DNA of 64,000 nt from positions 64,001 to 128,000 of the forward strand of contig JAXMOL010000014.1 of NCBI GenBank assembly GCA_034669905.1, in the 5' to 3' direction. How positions within the stretch are numbered: position 1 is the stretch's first letter; every line of letters begins with the position of its first letter. The position numbers and the translations under genes are program-made. Shown piece by piece: positions 1 to 8,100 of the stretch. Origin of the DNA: Candidatus Hydrogenedentota bacterium (GTDB lineage: Bacteria; Hydrogenedentota; Hydrogenedentia; Hydrogenedentales; JAEUWI01). The notes beneath the pieces are model-generated. The model was not told where the DNA came from and ran no database searches. It saw only the letters and a program-made list of their open reading frames with translations.

Positions 1-432
1 GCCATCTTGGAGTACCAGAAGCTCTCCAAGGCCGAACGGGAGCAACGGGCCGACAGTCTGTTGGACGAACTCAATATCGCCCACCTGGCCCAAAGCCCGG
101 CCTACACCCTCTCGGGCGGCGAACGGCGGCGCACCGAAATCGCCCGGGCCCTCGTGACCAATCCCAAGGTCTTTCTGCTGGACGAGCCCTTCGCGGGCAT
201 CGACCCCATTGCCGTTTCCGACCTGCAAGACATGATGATGCAATTGAAGAAAAAAGGGATCGGCGTCCTCATCACGGATCACAACGTCCGGGAAACCCTG
301 GGCATCTCGGACCGTGCCTACATCATCATCGAGGGCGAAGTACGGGTATCCGGCACGCCGGAAGAAATCACCAACGACCCCACCGCACGGAAATACTACC
401 TCGGCGAACGCTTCCACATGGCCGAAGGCTGA
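1..432 (+). CDS. lptB: LPS export ABC transporter ATP-binding protein, 5' end outside window
   Basis: LSGGERRRTEIARAL signature, LLDEPFAGIDPIAV Walker B/D-loop, GVLITDHNVRETL and C-terminal YYLGERF are typical of LptB. Confidence 0.92.
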   Translation, partial: AILEYQKLSKAEREQRADSLLDELNIAHLAQSPAYTLSGGERRRTEIARALVTNPKVFLLDEPFAGIDPIAVSDLQDMMMQLKKKGIGVLITDHNVRETLGISDRAYIIIEGEVRVSGTPEEITNDPTARKYYLGERFHMAEG

Positions 433-444
433 TCCGAAACGCCG

Positions 445-1440
445 TTAGTCTTCCTTGGGCTTCTCGGCCACTCGGTCCACCACATAGACTGGACGGCACT
501 TCACCTCGTCGTAAATCCGCGCGATGTATTCCCCGAGCAGCCCCACGCCAAAGAGGTTAATCCCGCCCAGGAACGACGTGGCAATCAGGATGCTGGATGA
601 GGCGCCCAGATCGTGGCCCATGAGTTTGTTGCCCAGCGCATAGAGCACCAGCACCATGGAAAGGGCGATGCTCGAAACACCGGCGATGCGAAATACAAAA
701 AGGGGCACGTAGGAAAAAGAAAAGACCGCGTTCATTCCGAGGGTCCACAGTCCCCGAAGGCCCACCCGCGTTGAGGAATCATAGCGGGCCCGGCGCGGCA
801 CCGAAACCCCCGTCTGCCGAAAGCCCACCCACGCGCGTAATCCCGGCAGGTACCGATTTCGCTCGGGCAACTGGGTCAACTGGGCTACCACCCGCCGATC
901 CATGAGGCCAAAGTTCCCCGCGTCCATGGGGGATTTCGTGTCGGCTATCCAGTCGAAGACCCGGTAAAAGATCCAGAAGATGCCCCGACTCACGGGATTC
1001 TCCTGACGAGACGCCCGCTCCACATAGACCACGTCGAAACCTTCCCGCCACTTTTCGAGCAAGGGCGCAAAGGCGGCCGGGTCGTCCTGGTAGTCGGCGT
1101 CCATAAGAATCACCACGTCGCCCTCGGCATGATCCAATCCCGCCGCAACCGCCGGGCCATGCCCGAAGTTACGCGCCAGATGGACCACCCGAATCTCACC
1201 GGGAAATTCCGCCGCCAGGCTATCGAGCAAATCGCCGCTGCCATCCGTGCTGCCATCATTTACCAGCACCAACTCGCAACGTCCCGGCTGCTCCAGGGCG
1301 GCCAGACGCTCCCGCACCTCCGCCACGAATCCGGCAATACCCTCGGCCTCGTTGTAGACCGGGGCCACCACGGAGAGACAAAACGATTCGTCCCACACGC
1401 GGGATACGGGGGCTGGGGATTCACATTGAGACACGGGCAC
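445..1440 (-). CDS. Glycosyltransferase family 2, GtrB/DPM1-like polyprenol-phosphate glycosyltransferase
   Basis: VVAPVYNE, VNDGSTDGS, RNFGHG, MDADYQDDP, RNRYLPGLRAWVGF; two C-terminal TM helices ending GEYIARIYDEVK. Confidence 0.88.
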   Translation of the reverse strand: MPVSQCESPAPVSRVWDESFCLSVVAPVYNEAEGIAGFVAEVRERLAALEQPGRCELVLVNDGSTDGSGDLLDSLAAEFPGEIRVVHLARNFGHGPAVAAGLDHAEGDVVILMDADYQDDPAAFAPLLEKWREGFDVVYVERASRQENPVSRGIFWIFYRVFDWIADTKSPMDAGNFGLMDRRVVAQLTQLPERNRYLPGLRAWVGFRQTGVSVPRRARYDSSTRVGLRGLWTLGMNAVFSFSYVPLFVFRIAGVSSIALSMVLVLYALGNKLMGHDLGASSSILIATSFLGGINLFGVGLLGEYIARIYDEVKCRPVYVVDRVAEKPKED

Positions 1441-1507
1441 TCCTTCCGGGAATGAGACACTAGACGCTAGTATATGTCATCGGCCATTGCAGTAAAAGCT
1501 GAAGGAC

Positions 1508-1714
1508 GGGGACTGCACCGACGCAACGGCGCAATCTTCTCCAATAGCACCCGATGGCGAGCCCAGACCCCAGCGGCATGCCCACCATCTGGACGCCAGG
1601 GCAGGGGACCGGGGACTGCACCGACGCAACGATGCAACCTTCCCCAAAACAACCCGATGGCGACCTCAATCCCGCCGCGGAAACCCCATCCACCTGGACG
1701 TCGGGGCTGTCCCC
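1508..1714. repeat. REP-like family A: GGGGACTGCACCGACG at 1508 and 1611, inverted partner CGTCGGGGCTGTCCCC at 1699-1714
   Basis: Same 16-mer recurs at 9680 and 25645; same inverted partner recurs at 25734-25749. Confidence 0.8.
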
Positions 1715-1726
1715 CTCTCACGCCTA

Positions 1727-1735
1727 TGGTATGAT
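1727..1735 (+). promoter_or_regulatory. Putative extended -10 promoter (TG-n-TATGAT) of the TA operon
   Basis: TGGTATGAT lies about 40 nt upstream of the antitoxin ATG, which has an AAGGAGG RBS. Confidence 0.45.
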
Positions 1736-1772
1736 AGAGACACGAGGCACCAACCCGAAAAAAGGAGGCCCC

Positions 1773-1994
1773 ATGGAACTCACCATCACGAAAATCGGCG
1801 ACGAGTCGTGCATAATCCTCCCGCAGGAAGTGCTCGACCGACTGAACCTTCACACCGGAGACACGGTCCAGCTCACGGACACCCCCGAGGGCCTGACCCT
1901 TTCGCCCCGCGAAGATTACTTCGACGAAGCCATGGCCCATGTCGAGCAAGTGATGAAGGAAGACGCCGTCGCACTCAGACGACTCGCGGAGTAA
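1773..1994 (+). CDS. AbrB/MazE-type antitoxin
   Basis: MELTITKIGDESCIILPQEVLDRLNLHTGDTV swapped-hairpin pattern; AAGGAGG RBS; directly upstream of a Doc toxin. Confidence 0.85.
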   Translation: MELTITKIGDESCIILPQEVLDRLNLHTGDTVQLTDTPEGLTLSPREDYFDEAMAHVEQVMKEDAVALRRLAE

Positions 1995-1998
1995 TCCA

Positions 1999-2403
1999 AT
2001 GCGCTCCCCCAAGTCAGAGCCGACGTGGATTACGCTGGCTATCGCCCGGGAGTTGCAGCGGCGGCAAATTGCTACATTTGGTGGACTCCCGGGAATTCGT
2101 GATGCCAACCTGCTTGACTCAGCCCTGAATCGACCGAAAAACCGCTACCTCTATGAACCGGACGTAACCTATGCCGGCCTTGCCGCCAGCTACTGCTTCG
2201 GCATTGCCAGAAATCACCCATTTGTGGACGGCAACAAGCGCGCCGCCTATGTTGCCGCAACGGTATTCTTACGCCTGAACGGCATTCGTATCGCGCCATC
2301 CCAAGAAGATATCATTAATACGATTCTTTCGCTTGCCAGTGGGGAGTTGGAAGAGTCAGACCTCGTGGAATGGTTCGAAAAACTCATCGTCCCCACCAAC
2401 TGA
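1999..2403 (+). CDS. doc: Death-on-curing (Doc) family toxin, Fic fold
   Basis: GIRDANLLDSALNRP and NHPFVDGNKRAA Doc motif. Confidence 0.9.
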   Translation: MRSPKSEPTWITLAIARELQRRQIATFGGLPGIRDANLLDSALNRPKNRYLYEPDVTYAGLAASYCFGIARNHPFVDGNKRAAYVAATVFLRLNGIRIAPSQEDIINTILSLASGELEESDLVEWFEKLIVPTN

Positions 2404-2412
2404 CGCCCCCAC

Positions 2413-3033
2413 TCATTCCTCCCGAGGCTTTCCCAACACCGCCTCACTGCGATTCTCCGGAATACACGGTGCCTTATCCGCATAGAAGTCCTTGATCACC
2501 TCAAAATCCGCCGCCATATCCCCCGTCAACGTCACCACCGGCCCCATCCCTGTTTCCTTCTTCTCAAAGTCGGCATACATCAACAATATCCGTGCACCCG
2601 TCCGCTCGGCGATGTGATAGAAACCGGTGCGCCAATGGTCCGTATAACGACGCGTACCCTCCGGGGCCAGTCCCAGATAAAAGTGCTCATGTTCCGCCAA
2701 CGCCTCCACCGCACTGTCCACCAGGTTCTGGGTGTGCCGTCGCACGACCGGGACGCCCCCCACGGCCTTCATGAACCACCCCAGCGGCGGATGACACAAG
2801 GTGTGCTTCGCGAAGAAATTGCCTTTCACCCCGAAGGCGTTCACCATGAGATAGATGATCACGAAATCCCAGTTGGAGGTGTGGGGGGCAAAAATGGCCA
2901 CGAGCTTGTCGTCGTCGGGGAAGGTGCCCGCGATGCGCCATCCTAATAGTTGGAGCATCTTTCGAGAAACCCACTGGACCGGAGGGCTGACCCGGCCAAA
3001 ATTCCGGTCGATATGTCGGTGACCCTCCCCCAT
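2413..3033 (-). CDS. Lysophospholipid acyltransferase family protein (PlsC-like)
   Basis: PHTSNWD (HX4D) and LAPEGTRR motifs. Confidence 0.85.
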   Translation of the reverse strand: MGEGHRHIDRNFGRVSPPVQWVSRKMLQLLGWRIAGTFPDDDKLVAIFAPHTSNWDFVIIYLMVNAFGVKGNFFAKHTLCHPPLGWFMKAVGGVPVVRRHTQNLVDSAVEALAEHEHFYLGLAPEGTRRYTDHWRTGFYHIAERTGARILLMYADFEKKETGMGPVVTLTGDMAADFEVIKDFYADKAPCIPENRSEAVLGKPREE

Positions 3034-3036
3034 GGC

Positions 3037-3558
3037 TCAGCGCCCGTTCCCATTCCACCCATGAAGCGCTACGCTGAGCCCGAGATAAACCTTGGGGTCC
3101 ACCAGTACACCCGCCTGATTCTGTTCCTGTAGCCACTGATGCACCTCCGCCGTGGGCACCACATGAACCGTAATGTCTTCGTCGTCCACCCCGCCGCCCT
3201 CGTTCACCTTCACCACGTCCCGCGCCAGAAAGTAATTGACCCGAGCCGCCGTGATGCCGCCCGCGCTGGGGCACTCCATCAAAAACTCCAGGCCCTGCGC
3301 TTCGTAACCCGCCTCCTCCAACAGCTCCCGTCGCACCGCAGTCTCCAGGGACTCCTCCCCCTGGTCACCCACCAACCCCGCCACCAACTCAATAGTCCGG
3401 GACGCTACCGCGTGGCGGTATTGCTCCACAAAGACCATAGCGTTTTCTGGCGTGATGGCCACCACGGAGATGATGCCGGTGCACCCGATACGCTCCACAA
3501 ACTCATAGGTGTCCCGCTCCACCAACCGGACGAAGCGACCTTCACCGAGAATATTCAT
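3037..3558 (-). CDS. NUDIX hydrolase, ADP-ribose pyrophosphatase-like
   Basis: VEQYRH and Nudix box AGLVGDQGEESLETAVRRELLEEAGY. Confidence 0.88.
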   Translation of the reverse strand: MNILGEGRFVRLVERDTYEFVERIGCTGIISVVAITPENAMVFVEQYRHAVASRTIELVAGLVGDQGEESLETAVRRELLEEAGYEAQGLEFLMECPSAGGITAARVNYFLARDVVKVNEGGGVDDEDITVHVVPTAEVHQWLQEQNQAGVLVDPKVYLGLSVALHGWNGNGR

Positions 3559-3753
3559 AGGGATAGTGACCCTTTCCTGCAGCGCCCGACGCGGACGCAG
3601 TTGTGCCCCGTTACTTCGAAACCAAGTATACGCCCCCCTTCGGAAGGCCGCAAACGCCCCGAATTTTTGACTGTCCCGTCCGCCCCATATTACAATGGCG
3701 GGCGATTTCGAATGCCCACTACCCCCCGATTTTCACCCTTCCAGCGAGGTCCC

Positions 3754-5430
3754 ATGGCAGAACAATTTATTTTCACAATGTATGGTCTGAACAAGTTTTA
3801 TGGCCAGAAACAGGTCCTCAAGGACATCAACCTGTCTTTCTACCCCGGCGCCAAAATCGGCATCGTCGGTGAAAATGGTACGGGTAAATCCACCGTCCTA
3901 AAAATCATGGCCGGTATGGATGACGACTACCAGGGCCAGGCCGACCTCACCAAGGGATTCGAGCGGGGCATTGTGCTTCAGGAGCCCATCCTCGACCCCG
4001 AGGCCACCGTCCGCGAGACCCTCGAAGGGGCCTTCGGCGAAACCATGGCCATGCTCAAGGAATTCGAAGAAATCGGCATGAAGATGGCCGAGCCCATGGA
4101 AGACGACGAGATGGAAGCCCTCCTCGCGAAAATGGGTACGCTGCAGGACAAACTCGATGCGGCCGACGCCTGGAACCTGGAGCAGGTGCTCAATCAGGCG
4201 GGGGAAGCCCTTTGCCTCCCCGAAGACGATCGGAAGATTGGCGTCCTCAGTGGCGGTGAAAAGCGGCGTGTGGCCCTGTGCAAGGCCCTCCTTGAGAAGC
4301 CCGACCTCCTCCTCCTCGACGAACCCACCAACCATCTGGACGCCGAAACGGTGGACTGGCTCGAAATCCAGCTCCGCGATTACCCCGGCACGGTCATCAT
4401 CGTCACCCACGACCGCTACTTCCTCGACAATGTGACCAAATGGATCCTCGAACTGGACCACGGCCACGGCATCCCCTGGGAAGGCAACTACTCCGGCTGG
4501 CTCGCCCAGAAGCTGGAAAAAATGGCGGGTCAGGAAAAGAAGAATTCCGTCCGCGCCCAGGCCCTTGACCGTGAATTGAAGTGGATCAAGATGAGCACGG
4601 CCGCGCGCCATGAGCTCAGCCGCACCCGCCTTTCGGAATATGAGCAGCTGATCGCCAAGGAAGCCGCCGCACAGAATGCGGACAGCGCCTCCATCCAAAT
4701 CGCCCCCGGACCCGAGCTCGGCGAACAGGTCATCGAATTCAAAAACGTTTCGAAGAGCTTCGGCGAAGACCTGCTCTACAAAGACCTCAGCTTCATCGTA
4801 CCCCGCTCCGCCATCGTCGGCCTGGTGGGCCCCAACGGCACGGGTAAAACCACCCTCTTCCGCATGATCCTCGGCGAGCAGCAGCCCGATGCGGGCGAAA
4901 TCATCGTCGGCTCCTCGGTGCTCCCCTCCTACGTCGACCAGGAGCGCAGCTCCATCGCGGGCGACGTGAGCCTCATCGACGAAGTAGCCGGTGGTGCCGA
5001 CTTCGTCAAACTGGGCAAGCAGGAAGTCCCTGTCCGCCAATACCTCTCGCGCTTTGGCTTTAAGGGCTCCGACCAGCAGAAGATGGCCAACCAACTTTCC
5101 GGTGGTGAGCGGAACCGCTGCAACCTCGCCAAGCTCCTCAAGGAGGGCGGCAACCTCCTCATGCTCGACGAACCCACCAACGACCTGGACGTGAACACCC
5201 TCCGTCTGTTGGAAGAGGCCCTGCTGAATTTCACCGGCTGCGCCATGGTCATCAGCCACGACCGTTTCTTCCTCGACCGGGTCTGCACCCACCTCCTCGT
5301 CTTTGAGGGCGAAGGCCAGGTCCGCTGGTTTGAAGGCAACTACCAGGAATACGAAGCCTGGCGCGTGGAAAACATGGGCTCCAAGCTCTTCGAAAACCGC
5401 CGCGCCCGGTATCGGAAATTCCGCCAGTAG
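3754..5430 (+). CDS. ettA: Energy-dependent translational throttle ABC-F ATPase
   Basis: N-terminus MAEQFIFTM...LKDINLSFYPGAKIG; two ABC cassettes; GIPWEGNYSGWL linker. Start placed at ATG 3754 rather than the ORF-track 3139. Confidence 0.93.
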   Translation: MAEQFIFTMYGLNKFYGQKQVLKDINLSFYPGAKIGIVGENGTGKSTVLKIMAGMDDDYQGQADLTKGFERGIVLQEPILDPEATVRETLEGAFGETMAMLKEFEEIGMKMAEPMEDDEMEALLAKMGTLQDKLDAADAWNLEQVLNQAGEALCLPEDDRKIGVLSGGEKRRVALCKALLEKPDLLLLDEPTNHLDAETVDWLEIQLRDYPGTVIIVTHDRYFLDNVTKWILELDHGHGIPWEGNYSGWLAQKLEKMAGQEKKNSVRAQALDRELKWIKMSTAARHELSRTRLSEYEQLIAKEAAAQNADSASIQIAPGPELGEQVIEFKNVSKSFGEDLLYKDLSFIVPRSAIVGLVGPNGTGKTTLFRMILGEQQPDAGEIIVGSSVLPSYVDQERSSIAGDVSLIDEVAGGADFVKLGKQEVPVRQYLSRFGFKGSDQQKMANQLSGGERNRCNLAKLLKEGGNLLMLDEPTNDLDVNTLRLLEEALLNFTGCAMVISHDRFFLDRVCTHLLVFEGEGQVRWFEGNYQEYEAWRVENMGSKLFENRRARYRKFRQ

Positions 5431-5458
5431 GAAAAGCGAAAACAACGAGAGAACCCCC

Positions 5459-5491
5459 AAGGGGACGGCATGAACGTGTCGTCCCCTTTTT
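5459..5491 (+). terminator. Rho-independent terminator after ettA
   Basis: AAGGGGACGGCA...TGTCGTCCCCTTTTT hairpin followed by a U-tract. Confidence 0.7.
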
Positions 5492-5722
5492 CGTTCTTCT
5501 GGGCGACAAAGAACGGGACCTGGGGAGCCGATGGCAAGGAGTATCGCCAGTCGGAAGCCACCATCCTGGACAACGGCGCCTTTCAGGTCCCACAGGCCCC
5601 ACAGGTCCCACAGCGCTCAAGCACCCGAATGGCTCCTATACCAATGCTTGTACCGCGGATTGGGAGATTGTATGGTGAACTAAGCAACGGTTGAATTCAC
5701 ATCTAAGGAACGCACCACGCCC

Positions 5723-6088
5723 ATGTTCACCAGACTCAAGAAATTCTATGCCCGACTGCGCCCCGATCCCCTGTGGGAGCGTCGCATCGTCGTGGAAGAC
5801 CGAGAGGACACGATTGTCGTCACCGACCAGGACGGCGTGGAGACTTCGGTGCCATGGGCGGAACTCGAACGGGTGGAAATCCATACCACCAACGCAGGAC
5901 CCTTTGGCGCGGACGTATGGTGGGTGCTCATCGGCACGTCCGGCACCTGCAAATACCCGAGCGCGGCAACGGGCAGCGCGGAAATGCTCAAGCGCCTCCA
6001 AACGCTGGAAGGTTTTGACGACATGCTGGTCGTACTCGCCATGGGCAACGTGGGCAATGGCTGTGTCGTATGCTGGGAACGGGGTTGA
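5723..6088 (+). CDS. Hypothetical protein, possibly PH-domain-like
   Basis: 121-aa ORF with an upstream AAGGA motif and host-like codon usage; VPWAELERVEI...GPFGADVWW. Confidence 0.65.
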   Translation: MFTRLKKFYARLRPDPLWERRIVVEDREDTIVVTDQDGVETSVPWAELERVEIHTTNAGPFGADVWWVLIGTSGTCKYPSAATGSAEMLKRLQTLEGFDDMLVVLAMGNVGNGCVVCWERG

Positions 6089-6130
6089 TGCACGCCTGAA
6101 AGAATGTCAAAGAACTCCCACGTGTCCAAC

Positions 6131-6313
6131 AGGGGGTTGACCATTCCTGGTCGACATAAGGCCCACGCCAAATCTCAAAAGGCACGTGATGTTGTCCAGA
6201 GGATGTCACGCCCTAAGCACTTCTTCAAAGCCCCCCCGTGAGCAGACAATCGCACCGTGCCGGTTGTGTCGATCAGGTTGTAGCCGCGCCGTGGCGGGAA
6301 TGGTCAGCCCCCT
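6131..6313. repeat. REP doublet / MITE-like element family B, copy 1
   Basis: Starts AGGGGGTTGACCATTCCTGGTCGACA and ends with a degenerate inverted arm GGAATGGTCAGCCCCCT; interior is homologous to the 7763-7924 copy. Confidence 0.85.
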
Positions 6314-6412
6314 TTGTTTTTGGCGCCAGTTGTTATTTTGTCTCGCCACCCGCACTTCGTTACTATGCAGCGAATTCTTTTCACCGACTCCTACGATTAT
6401 CCGGGATGTACC

Positions 6413-7750
6413 ATGAGACTCCATTATCACCTGACCTTTCTGGCTGCCGTATTCGTCACCATCGTCGCCCACGCCGCGTCCCCCAACATCGTTATCATCA
6501 CGGGCGACAACATTGGCTACAGCGACCTCGGCTGTTACGGCAACGACGCCATCAAGACGCCCAACATCGACCGCCTCGCCTCGGAAGGGGTCCGTTGCAC
6601 CGACTTCTACACCGCCTCACCCACCTGCACCGTCTCCCGGGCCTGTCTGCTCACGGGCCGCGTGCCCCAGCGTCATGGCCTCACCGACCAGCTTGGCGGT
6701 ATTGAAGGCAATTATGGCGTCGGCCTGGACCATCGGGAAAAACTCATCCCCCAATACCTCAAGGAAGCAGGCTACACCACGGGTTGCTTTGGCAAATGGA
6801 ACGTCGGCTTCGCGGAAGGCAGTCGTCCCACCGAACGGGGATTCGACCAGTTCTTCGGCCACGCCTCGGGCAACATCGATTATTACACCCACGTCTACGC
6901 GGGGAAGCACGATCTCTTTCGCGGCACCGAGGAAGTCCACGTAGAAGGTTACAGCACCGACCTCTTCGCCGACGCCGCGAGTGCGTTCATCCGCGAGAAT
7001 GCCGCAAAGCCCTTCTTCCTCTACCTCCCCTTCAACGCACCCCATTTCCCTTCGGCGCGCAACAAGGCCCCCGGCATGCCCAACACGTGGCAGGCACCCG
7101 ACTGGGCCTTTGAGGCCTATGGCTGGTCACCCGATGAGGCGGACCCCAAGCGGCGCTACTATGCGGTGATGACCGCCCTCGACGCCGCCGTCGGCCGCGT
7201 GCTGAAGACCATCGATGATCAGGGTATTCGCGACAACACCATCGTCGTCTTTTACTCCGATAACGGGGCCTTCATGCTGAAAGACCGGGGCCTGGAAGTC
7301 TCCAACAACAAGCCCCTCCGCGATGGCGGCGTGACCCTCTGGGAAGGGGGCATCCGCGTGGCCGCCACCGTCCGTTGGCCCGGAAAAATCCCCGCTGGCT
7401 CCGTCTCCGACGCCATGCTGTGGAGTCCCGATTTGCTGTCCCTGTGCCTGGAAGTGGCCAGCCTCCCCACGCCCGACGACCGCATCCTCGACGGGAAGAA
7501 CCCCTTGCCTGCACTGCGGGGTGAGGCGGGCACACCTCATGATTACCTGGCCTTTGAATACCGAAACTACAAGGCCATTCGCCGGGGGCATGAGAAACTT
7601 ATTTTCGACCGGAAGGACAAGGCGTGGCATCTCTTTGACCTTGCCGAAGACCTTGGTGAGACCCGGGATCTTGCCGAAGAAAAACCGGATTCTCTGGAAA
7701 CACTGAAGGCCCTCTTTGCCACCTGGCGTGAAGGCACGGCGACTTTCTGA
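6413..7750 (+). CDS. Sulfatase (arylsulfatase A-like) with signal peptide
   Basis: PNIVIITGDNIGYSDLG, CTVSRACLLTG, FGKWN, YSDNG, LWEGGIRV. Confidence 0.92.
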   Translation: MRLHYHLTFLAAVFVTIVAHAASPNIVIITGDNIGYSDLGCYGNDAIKTPNIDRLASEGVRCTDFYTASPTCTVSRACLLTGRVPQRHGLTDQLGGIEGNYGVGLDHREKLIPQYLKEAGYTTGCFGKWNVGFAEGSRPTERGFDQFFGHASGNIDYYTHVYAGKHDLFRGTEEVHVEGYSTDLFADAASAFIRENAAKPFFLYLPFNAPHFPSARNKAPGMPNTWQAPDWAFEAYGWSPDEADPKRRYYAVMTALDAAVGRVLKTIDDQGIRDNTIVVFYSDNGAFMLKDRGLEVSNNKPLRDGGVTLWEGGIRVAATVRWPGKIPAGSVSDAMLWSPDLLSLCLEVASLPTPDDRILDGKNPLPALRGEAGTPHDYLAFEYRNYKAIRRGHEKLIFDRKDKAWHLFDLAEDLGETRDLAEEKPDSLETLKALFATWREGTATF

Positions 7751-7762
7751 GACGTGACCAAC

Positions 7763-7924
7763 AGGGGGTTGACCATTCCTGGTCGACATAAGGCCCACGC
7801 CGAATCCCAAAAGGCACGTAATGTCATCCAAATGTCGTCACGCCCTGAGCCCCTTCTTTGAAACTCACCGTAAGCTGACAATCGCACCGTGCTTGCTGTG
7901 TCGACCAGGAATGGTCAACCCCCT
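7763..7924. repeat. REP doublet / MITE-like element family B, copy 2
   Basis: Perfect 26-bp terminal inverted repeats AGGGGGTTGACCATTCCTGGTCGACA ... TGTCGACCAGGAATGGTCAACCCCCT. Confidence 0.9.
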
Positions 7925-7927
7925 TTA

Positions 7928-7981
7928 CCCTCGTTCCTACGGTCCGCCGTAGGAATGCCTATCTTGCCGCTCCTGCGGCAA
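7928..7981. repeat. REP-like palindrome family C (CTCGTTCCTACGGTCCGCCGTAGGAATGC...)
   Basis: Its reverse complement closely matches 20285-20338 (TTGCCGCAGTAGCGGCAAGGCAGGCATTCCCACGGGGGACCGTGGGAACGAGGG). Confidence 0.75.
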
Positions 7982-8100
7982 CGCCGAAGGCGAATAACCT
8001 CGCCCCACGCCTCATCTTGACACCCCGCCGCCCCATTCCCCACAATAGCCCTCTAGCAATCTGGGACCTGACTCCATCGAAACGCGGGGCAAATTTCACC

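Noticed and set aside
1554..1772. N-terminal extension of the antitoxin
   Set aside because: It runs through REP repeats; the strong RBS and the AbrB pattern point to ATG 1773.
3139..3753. 205-aa N-terminal extension of EttA in the ORF track
   Set aside because: It overlaps the NUDIX gene on the opposite strand; EttA-like sequence begins at ATG 3754.
3898..5460. Long antisense ORFs (also 8365-9690, 22932-24275, 24454-25713, 30353-31744, 33367-34989, 49900-51252, 53032-54528, 56800-58209)
   Set aside because: Shadow frames of well-supported genes, expected in high-GC DNA; no recognisable motifs.
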